The translations under genes and the position numbers were made by a program. From assembly GCA_048498835.1 (NCBI GenBank), contig JBEHXF010000015.1:1-40766 (forward strand): a DNA stretch of 40,766 nucleotides, in the 5' to 3' direction. Positions 28,224-35,026 of the stretch are shown one piece after another. The notes below the pieces were generated by a model, which searched no databases, was not told the DNA's origin, and saw only the letters and a program-made list of their open reading frames with translations. Numbering within the stretch: the stretch's first letter is position 1; each line of letters starts with the position of its first letter. This DNA is from Chlamydiota bacterium. GTDB lineage: Bacteria > Chlamydiota > Chlamydiia > Chlamydiales > SM23-39.

Positions 28224-28508
28224 ATAAGCAAAGCTGAATTTGAATGGAATCCTACGAAGGAAGCTGCAAATATTTCAAAGCACGGCGTTTCGTTTTTTGA
28301 TGCTCAACAAGCTTTTTTAGATCCACACCGAATCATTGCTCAAGATTTGCAGCACTCAAAAAATGAAAGCCGGTATTACTGTTTTGGCAAGGTAGAAGGA
28401 ATGGTTATGACCGTTCGATTTACCTATAGAAATCAAAAGATTCGCATTTTTGGCGCAGGCTATTGGCGAGAAGGGAGGAAAATTTATGAAAAAGAAACGC
28501 AAAACTAA
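28224..28508 (+). pseudogene. brnT: BrnT-family toxin lacking a canonical start codon
   Basis: EFEWNPTKEAANISKHGVSFFDAQQAFLDP...HSKNESRYYCFG...TVRFTYRNQKIRIFGAGYWR; frame opens after TGA 28218 with ATA at 28224 and no ATG/GTG/TTG before FEW. Confidence 0.8.
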
Positions 28509-28722
28509 ATATACAAATACATCTATTGGGAAAATTAAAATCGTTGATGATTTTTTACCCCAACCCAAAGATTTGGTTTTAAAAGAGGAAACGGCAAAGA
28601 TAACTATTTCCTTAACCAAGTCAAGTATTGAATTTTTTAAAAATGAAGCAGAAAAATATCATACAAATTATCAGACGATGATTAGAAGACTAATTGATAA
28701 ATACGCTTCACGGTATGCTTAG
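28486..28722 (+). CDS. BrnA/CopG-like ribbon-helix-helix antitoxin
   Basis: DDFLPQP, KITISL...IEFFK...YQTMIRRLID; GGAGG RBS before ATG 28486; overlaps brnT. Confidence 0.85.
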   Translation: MKKKRKTKYTNTSIGKIKIVDDFLPQPKDLVLKEETAKITISLTKSSIEFFKNEAEKYHTNYQTMIRRLIDKYASRYA

Positions 28723-28804
28723 GGATATATACCCATAAATCAGGTCAATCGACAAATAGAAAACTCGAAAATAAACATTATTTGTGATCATAAACTATTA
28801 ATAC

Positions 28805-29049
28805 GCCTGAAACAGGAGTCGAACCTGCGACCTTCGCATTACGAATGCGCTGCACAACCTTACCCTAAAGGATGATGCATCCTTTGGGGGCCCCTGATGC
28901 TTGCCTGAAACAAGAATCGAACTTGCGACCTTCGCATTACGAATGCGCTGCACAACCTTACCCCAAAGGATGATGCATCCTTTGGGGGCCCCTGATGCTT
29001 GCCTGAAACAAGAATCGAACTTGCGACCTTCGCATTACGAATGCGCTGC
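28805..29049 (-). repeat. 98-bp tandem repeat: 49 bp tRNA-Thr 3' part plus 49 bp spacer containing a 12-bp-stem palindrome
   Basis: gcctgaaac... starts at 28805, 28903 and 29001; spacer ccccaaaggatg-atg-catcctttgggg. Confidence 0.95.
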
Positions 29050-29072
29050 TCTACCAGCTGAGCTATCCAGGC
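29000..29072 (-). tRNA. tRNA-Thr (anticodon CGT), CCA not encoded
   Basis: GCCTGGATAGCTCAGCTGGTAGAGCAGCGCATTCGTAATGCGAAGGTCGCAAGTTCGATTCTTGTTTCAGGCA folds as a cloverleaf. Confidence 0.96.
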
Positions 29073-29249
29073 AAATGGAATGCAATATAGCGTATTCAGG
29101 GATGGCTTTTCTCTCAATGCCTTTCTATTAAATTCATCTAAGTCGTTGGTTTTCAGGTATTTTAATAATGAAGTGACTTAAAATTAATGTTTACAAGGAA
29201 ATGTTTTTATGATAAGATATAGTAAAGAACTATTAGGGTCAGGTGAATT

Positions 29250-29849
29250 ATGGAATCAACTCCAGTTTCAAGTTGTTATAACTTCTTAGTAAATCCTGAA
29301 AGTGGCTATGAAGCCGCTATCGCTAAATTGCAGGCGGACGAGGCGAGCAATCCTCAAAATGCAGCCATGGATCAAAAACAAATCGCTTTGTATCAGGAAT
29401 TAGAGGCGAATTTTAAGGAGCAAGAAAGCGTTGCTGCTGCATATCGGAAATCGGATAACGATCCCAACCTGGCAACACAGCTAAGGATCCTCACTGGTCA
29501 GCAACAGACGCTGACTCAGATGATTCAATTGAATTCCTATATTCAAAGTTTGCAGACAGACATGCAAAAAAATCCGCAAGATACGGCTGCAGATCAAGCG
29601 AAGATCGAGAATGCAGAGGCGCAACAGCAGTGCATTCAGCAGTTCGAGTCTGCCTGGGAGGCCTATCAACAAACTGGCGAGGGCGCAGATCAGGTCAATG
29701 CACTGATTGAAGAGCTTCAGAAATTGAGAGAAGAAAATCCAGATTCTCCTCTTTCAAGCGGCCCTATTTGGGAAGACAGGCAAGCAATTGAGAGCAAATA
29801 TACTGTCTTTTCTTTCGACGGCCAGAAATATGCCGTAGGTCCTTCTTAA
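29250..29849 (+). CDS. Gln/Ala-rich coiled-coil hypothetical protein with internal duplication
   Basis: LQADEASNPQNAAMDQKQI versus LQTDMQKNPQDTAADQAKI; AGGTG RBS. Confidence 0.8.
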   Translation: MESTPVSSCYNFLVNPESGYEAAIAKLQADEASNPQNAAMDQKQIALYQELEANFKEQESVAAAYRKSDNDPNLATQLRILTGQQQTLTQMIQLNSYIQSLQTDMQKNPQDTAADQAKIENAEAQQQCIQQFESAWEAYQQTGEGADQVNALIEELQKLREENPDSPLSSGPIWEDRQAIESKYTVFSFDGQKYAVGPS

Positions 29850-29869
29850 GTTTTTATCCCTGATGTATA

Positions 29870-31189
29870 ATGCAGCGCATGAGTTCAATCGGCGCTGTAT
29901 TATTAATGGCAGGTGAGGGTCTTCGCTTTGGCGGAGATATTCCAAAACAATTCTTGATGCTCGCAGGAAAACGGGTCTATCTCCATACACTCGATGTATT
30001 TTTTCGCTCAAAACTTTTTGATGAAATTGTTTTGGTTTGCTCGGAGGAGTGGACGGTTGAGGTGCAAAAAGAAGTGGGCGAGAGGGCACGGGTGGTGGCT
30101 GGAGGGAAAAGTCGCCAAGAATCTTCTTATTTGGGACTGAAGTCTCTCAAGACAGAGATTGTCGTCATTCACGATGCTGTTAGACCTTTTATCACTGAAA
30201 AAATTTTAAGAGAAAATATTGAAGGGGCATTGGAGTTTGGAGCAGTGGATACGTGCATCCCCTCTGCTGATACGCTTGTTCAAGTAAAGGACAATGTGAT
30301 TCGGGAAATCCCCAATCGAGCGGAATTTTTGAGAGGGCAGACGCCTCAGTCGTTTCGACGAGAGTGGATTTTAGAGGCGCATGAGCGGGCGAATGGAACG
30401 CAGGCGACAGACGATTGCAGGCTTGTTTTAGAACAGGGACGGCCTGTTCAAGTGGTACTGGGTGACGAGGCCAACATCAAAATTACGACAGAGTTGGATT
30501 TATTCATCGCTGAGCAGCTCTTTCGTTTGAGAGTTGGAAATCGCCCGTTTGGAAAAGAGAGTTTGGCGGGCAAGGTCTTTGCAGTGGTGGGCGGGAGCGG
30601 CGGAATTGGCGGGGCGATTTGCAGAAAATTGGAGTTGGAGGGGGCCAAAGGAATACCCTTAAGTCGATCAAGCGGTCTCGATTTAAAAAAGGCAGCGTCC
30701 ATTCAGCCGATCTTTAAACGATTGTATGAAGATTGGGGGCCTTTAGATGGCTTGATCAATTGCGCAGGCAAGCTAGCGGTAAAGCCACTGATCGAGCTAT
30801 CTCTCGAAGAGATTGAAGAACTTCTCGCGGTCAATTTGCAGGGATTGATTTTATGCTGCCAACAGGCGAGGTTGAAAGAAGGGGCTCATGTCGTAAATAT
30901 CGCTTCTTCTTCCTTTACGAGGGGGCGCAAAGATTTAGGAGTCTATTCAGGAGCAAAGGCTGGCGTGGTCAATTTTACACAGGCTTTGGCTGAGGAGAGG
31001 GCTGATTTGAAGGTCTGGACGGTCGTGCCTCAAAGAACTCGGACTGCGATGCGCCAAAAGGCTTTTCCAGAGGAAAATCCAGACTCTTTACTTGATCCAG
31101 AAGTCGTGGCTGAACAGGTGATCGAAATCTTAAAAGATCCTCATAGCACAGGCCTATTACTAGATATTAAAAAAGAACTATCCCATTAA
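29870..31189 (+). CDS. Bifunctional IspD/TarI-type cytidylyltransferase / SDR oxidoreductase (Bcs1-like)
   Basis: MAGEGLRFGGDIPKQF, GGKSRQES, IHDAVRPF, GQTPQSF, ATDD, NIKITT; then GGSGGIG, INCAG, NIASSS, YSGAK. Confidence 0.9.
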   Translation: MQRMSSIGAVLLMAGEGLRFGGDIPKQFLMLAGKRVYLHTLDVFFRSKLFDEIVLVCSEEWTVEVQKEVGERARVVAGGKSRQESSYLGLKSLKTEIVVIHDAVRPFITEKILRENIEGALEFGAVDTCIPSADTLVQVKDNVIREIPNRAEFLRGQTPQSFRREWILEAHERANGTQATDDCRLVLEQGRPVQVVLGDEANIKITTELDLFIAEQLFRLRVGNRPFGKESLAGKVFAVVGGSGGIGGAICRKLELEGAKGIPLSRSSGLDLKKAASIQPIFKRLYEDWGPLDGLINCAGKLAVKPLIELSLEEIEELLAVNLQGLILCCQQARLKEGAHVVNIASSSFTRGRKDLGVYSGAKAGVVNFTQALAEERADLKVWTVVPQRTRTAMRQKAFPEENPDSLLDPEVVAEQVIEILKDPHSTGLLLDIKKELSH

Positions 31190-31197
31190 TAATAATC

Positions 31198-31227
31198 TTG
31201 ACATTTCTATCCTGAATTAAATATAAT
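31198..31227 (+). promoter_or_regulatory. Consensus sigma70/sigma66 promoter
   Basis: TTGACA (31198-31203)-N18-TATAAT (31222-31227). Confidence 0.75.
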
Positions 31228-31234
31228 TTAATGC

Positions 31235-31312
31235 ATGAAAGACAATCAAACTTCTAATTCTTTCTTCTTCTTTTACTGGCCCTGGTGCCAGACTCCTTTC
31301 TTTTTTATCTAA
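31235..31312 (+). CDS. Candidate leaderless aromatic-rich leader peptide MKDNQTSNSFFFFYWPWCQTPFFFI
   Basis: ATG 7 nt after the -10 box; 7 Phe, 2 Trp and 1 Tyr in 25 aa. Confidence 0.4.
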   Translation: MKDNQTSNSFFFFYWPWCQTPFFFI

Positions 31313-31383
31313 TTTTTTCACTGCTAGTTATTTTTCCTTCGCTCTGTGAGCTGAAGTGCGTCATTTTTTATTAAAGTTTGATT

Positions 31384-32466
31384 ATGGGCACAATTTTAAT
31401 CCAATGTGCACCCGCGGATCGGGGGCTATTAGGCGATGTTGAACAGGTCCGTCCTATAGTAGAAAAGCTGGGGCACCAACTAGAAGACTATTCCATTGAA
31501 TGGATTGCCGATACAAGCGTATCAAGTTTGGCTATTATCGATTCAGTCGGGAAGTGCGTAGCTGCCTCTCGCATCGCTTTAGAGCGAACACAAAATGACC
31601 GAGAAGCGATCGGGATCGACTATAATTCAATGGCTCGAAATGGCGATGAATTAGTGATGGCCGTGACTAAGCAGACAAGCGCTGGAATCACCGTCTTGGG
31701 TAGCTCGTTGGGGTTGCTCGGGGTGTTTGGAACCAAGCAGGCTTTTCGGTTGGCCACTGGAAGCGCCAAAGGCCTTGTCCAAGCTATCAAGAGAAAAGAT
31801 GGCGAAGGGGCCTTTCAGTCTGGTCTTCTAACAGCAGTTGGAACGGGATACGTGGTTTTGAGTTTGTCTGCGGGCGTAATCGGTGGCTCGCTTCTCGCTG
31901 AAAAACTAGGAGGCGCTCATGTTCCGGCTGAAGTGATGAGCGTGGCCTCTCAAGCTCTCACCATCGCTGGAACGGGAATGTACGCAGGTGTGGCTCTCTA
32001 TGCATTGGCTAAATTCGGAATGGATGTTTCGTTTGGATATAAACTGAGAAAAGGTCTGTCCAATCCAATTTTATTATTGCGCGATTTGCAAGCTGCGGCA
32101 AAGAAAAATCCTGCTGCGTTTGCCAGACGTACAAGCGGGTATCTTGCACAGCGGATAGCCTCTTTAGAAATCGGAAGACTAGGGAATGAAGAAGCTCTGC
32201 TCTTGATTGAAGAGGTCGCGAAAGAGAACTTCATGCAGATTATCGGAGATGTGCTTTTATTTTTAGTGGGAGCGATCGGAGTTGCCGCCTTCTTTATCAC
32301 CGGTCCTTTTTCCTTCGCTCTCTTTTTAGTAGTTGGGATTCTCTGGTTATGTGCGATGGATGATTCGAAGCTGAGCAATCGGGTCCGCTATTTCTTGTGG
32401 GAAAAATTGGGCAAAATAAATTTCAAAGCTCAATACGAAGGGGCTCGTTTTGCGATTGATAGATGA
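31384..32466 (+). CDS. Hypothetical multi-pass membrane protein
   Basis: Several Gly/Ala-rich hydrophobic hairpins; ATG 31384 in frame with the listed TTG 31378. Confidence 0.8.
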   Translation: MGTILIQCAPADRGLLGDVEQVRPIVEKLGHQLEDYSIEWIADTSVSSLAIIDSVGKCVAASRIALERTQNDREAIGIDYNSMARNGDELVMAVTKQTSAGITVLGSSLGLLGVFGTKQAFRLATGSAKGLVQAIKRKDGEGAFQSGLLTAVGTGYVVLSLSAGVIGGSLLAEKLGGAHVPAEVMSVASQALTIAGTGMYAGVALYALAKFGMDVSFGYKLRKGLSNPILLLRDLQAAAKKNPAAFARRTSGYLAQRIASLEIGRLGNEEALLLIEEVAKENFMQIIGDVLLFLVGAIGVAAFFITGPFSFALFLVVGILWLCAMDDSKLSNRVRYFLWEKLGKINFKAQYEGARFAIDR

Positions 32467-32610
32467 ACATCAAAAGTGTGAATAGCAAAAGGAAGAGAAA
32501 GGTTGTGATTGCGGCTTGTTGACGCCGCGTGAAGACAAAATAGAGATTGATGAGAGAGAGTGTGAGAAGAGCTACCATCATAATTGGAGATTTTCCTATA
32601 TTTCTCGATC

Positions 32611-33603
32611 ATGCGCAAGTTCCTCTTTTTCTTCCTTCCTATTTATCTCTTCGCTTTTACGGGCACAGAAGAGAATTTACAATCGCTTAAGCCTTGGTTT
32701 ACGGGACCGCTACTCGCTGGATCTGGCAATGTGACGCAAGTGGGTCATTACAACGTTGAACCCTATTTTTTTGCCACCGCGCGCACTTCGTTTTACAACA
32801 ACAATTGGAAATCGGAATCGATTGAAACGCTCTGGAATTTACAATTTCGAGTTCCGGTGTGGATTGGACTGACGAAGTGGGCCGATTTCAAAGTGGTTCC
32901 AAATTGGTTTTGGAATTATCGGGATCATCAGTCTCAATGGACGCTTGGCGACTGGGCGGCCCAAGTGAGTTTTCAACTTCATCGAGCTCAATTGCCTGAA
33001 AAGAGTTGGCTCCCTTCGATTAAATTAATCATTAGCGAAACGTTTCCGACGGGAAAGTACCAAAAGCTCAATCCACATAAACTGGGAACAGATAGCACAG
33101 GCCTTGGCACTTGGAGAACAGGATTTGGTCTGAATTTCTCAAAAATTTTTCAGGTTCAAGATGCTCACTTTCTCAATACCGCTCTGAACTTTTCGTATTC
33201 AGTTGGTGTTCCGTTTTCTGTGCGAGGCTATAACGCTTATGGCGGTGGAAATGGGACAAAAGGAACGATTCATCCAGAGCACGTCTTTTTAACGACGTTG
33301 GCTTTTGAATATTCACTGACGCAGCGATGGGCAATCGCTTGTGATTTGCAGGGAATTTGGCAAAGTTCTACGAGTTTTTCGGGAAGATTGGGAACTGTGC
33401 CGTCGCATGATATCAATATCGATCCGGAAGGGATTCCTGCATCGAATGATCGTCTAGCCGCGATGCAATACAGTTTGGCGCCAGCTCTCGAATACAATTG
33501 GAGCGATAATTTGGGCTTGATCGGGGGAGTTTGGTTCACCTTTGCAGGTAAAAACAGCTCCCACTTCACAAGCGGCGTCATCGCCCTCAATTATTATCGA
33601 TGA
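32611..33603 (+). CDS. Putative outer-membrane beta-barrel channel
   Basis: Signal peptide MRKFLFFFLPIYLFA, WFTGPLL, FPTGKY, alternating aromatic strands, aromatic C-terminus. Confidence 0.75.
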   Translation: MRKFLFFFLPIYLFAFTGTEENLQSLKPWFTGPLLAGSGNVTQVGHYNVEPYFFATARTSFYNNNWKSESIETLWNLQFRVPVWIGLTKWADFKVVPNWFWNYRDHQSQWTLGDWAAQVSFQLHRAQLPEKSWLPSIKLIISETFPTGKYQKLNPHKLGTDSTGLGTWRTGFGLNFSKIFQVQDAHFLNTALNFSYSVGVPFSVRGYNAYGGGNGTKGTIHPEHVFLTTLAFEYSLTQRWAIACDLQGIWQSSTSFSGRLGTVPSHDINIDPEGIPASNDRLAAMQYSLAPALEYNWSDNLGLIGGVWFTFAGKNSSHFTSGVIALNYYR

Positions 33604-33612
33604 TGAACCAGC

Positions 33613-34392
33613 TTAAGAAGCCCACCGACCATGAGACATTTCTTCTGTCCATTTAGATAAACGCGCTGCGGCACTAGAAACAGCAGATCGAACGTATGTT
33701 AAACCTACAGAAACTCCTTGAGATATGGCAGCAGTAGTGGGTTGAAGTGTACCAGGAGCGATAACTTCTGTTAGAGTTCCGAGTAAGAGAGTTACTTGGC
33801 TTGTCTTCCAGATGGCTTCTCCAGCTCCTTTTGGTAGGAGGTAACTTATACCGGAAACGAATACGCTTCCAACTTTCGCAGCTAATCCAACCACATTGAG
33901 CGCTACGACGGCTGATAAGCCTAATGCCATCTGATCAGAGGTTGTGCTAGCAAGTGGATATTCTGTGCGAGCCACTGTGTTCACTGCTTCGCGAGCGTAG
34001 TTAACGGCTTGACCGACTCCGCCCAAAGTCTGACTAGCAAGTGTGGTCGCATCGCCTGCGCTTTTGCCTAATTCAACAGCGTTTTTTGTCATGAAGACAA
34101 AACCGTTGAATGCTTCTTTCGCATCGGAAACGGTGGGGATTCCAACGGATTGATAAATGCCGTAAACGGCTGCGGCGATCAAGGTCCACTTCGCTGTGGT
34201 GTAGGCGGCGTTAGCTACGATGCGAGCGCCATTGAGTGTTTTTTGCGCGTAGCTCGCAGCTGTTGAGAGATGTTCCCAAGCAGGTTTTGATGCCTCATTT
34301 ACTTTGACATCTTGTTTAGTTGGAGCTGGAGTTTCTACATCCAGTTTTGTCGTCTCTAAATTGATTTTTATTGGTTGAATTGCCTCGGCCAT
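33613..34392 (-). CDS. Hypothetical Ala/Thr-rich membrane-associated protein
   Basis: 259-aa ORF with hydrophobic segments, GGGGA RBS. Confidence 0.75.
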   Translation of the reverse strand: MAEAIQPIKINLETTKLDVETPAPTKQDVKVNEASKPAWEHLSTAASYAQKTLNGARIVANAAYTTAKWTLIAAAVYGIYQSVGIPTVSDAKEAFNGFVFMTKNAVELGKSAGDATTLASQTLGGVGQAVNYAREAVNTVARTEYPLASTTSDQMALGLSAVVALNVVGLAAKVGSVFVSGISYLLPKGAGEAIWKTSQVTLLLGTLTEVIAPGTLQPTTAAISQGVSVGLTYVRSAVSSAAARLSKWTEEMSHGRWAS

Positions 34393-34549
34393 AAATCCCC
34401 AAATTTTCTTTTTTTGAAATTAAAGAATAACAAAAACAAAAGATAAAAGTAAAGTTATTAAAATTTTTAATCATATTACTAAATTAAATATTTGATTTAT
34501 TTTGGATCATTTTTTATATTTTCAGGTCTATTTAACAAGGAAATTTGAG

Positions 34550-35026
34550 ATGACCTCCCCGATTCAAGCAAATCAAAATAGTTTTGCAAGATATGAACCT
34601 TTCGTTGATGAAGCTGCAAGCGATTCAAAAGAAGAAGAAAAAAATGACCCTGCAACAGAAACGAACAACAAACGGATTGAAACGCTCCTCAGCGGAACTG
34701 CGGTCAGTATACGAATGCTTCCGCTTATTGAAATAGGCCTTGATTTGACACCACAGAATCATGGGTATACCACGCTTGAGGGATTGCGATTTCTGGGAAT
34801 ATTTAAAGAGAAGATTCCAAAGAAAAAGAATTCGATTGCAAAAGAGCGGTTTTTTGGAGCGGAGATTTTCTTATTTGAAGGGCCAAAATACCGAATCAAA
34901 GGGCGCGATGGAACTGTGCTAGCTGAAAGCAAAGAATTAGATAAAGATTCAAAGTGCAAAAAGACGTGCCGATTAAGCGAAAAACAATTCGAGAACAGTA
35001 TTCTTAGCTACCTAAATGGGATTTAG
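34550..35026 (+). CDS. Hypothetical protein
   Basis: ATG 34550 (MTSPIQ) after AAGGA. Confidence 0.65.
   Translation: MTSPIQANQNSFARYEPFVDEAASDSKEEEKNDPATETNNKRIETLLSGTAVSIRMLPLIEIGLDLTPQNHGYTTLEGLRFLGIFKEKIPKKKNSIAKERFFGAEIFLFEGPKYRIKGRDGTVLAESKELDKDSKCKKTCRLSEKQFENSILSYLNGI

Larger units (their letters stand above)
27157..28804. mobile_element. Small decayed genomic islet bounded by tRNA-Thr 3' fragments
   Basis: Flanked by direct tRNA 3'-part copies (27116-27156 and 28805-28853); carries TA-type genes; no integrase seen. Confidence 0.6.

Noticed and set aside
28805..28951. Additional tRNA genes
   Set aside because: These copies lack the 5' acceptor strand and D-arm
13083..29000. One large prophage or ICE spanning the accessory zone
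   Set aside because: No integrase, phage or conjugation genes, and no tRNA fragment noticed left of 27057
28805..29049. CRISPR array interpretation of the 98-bp repeats
   Set aside because: The spacers are essentially identical, the repeat is tRNA sequence, and no cas genes are present
28860..29131. ORFs 28860..29117 and 28901..29131
   Set aside because: They are translations of the tRNA and its repeats
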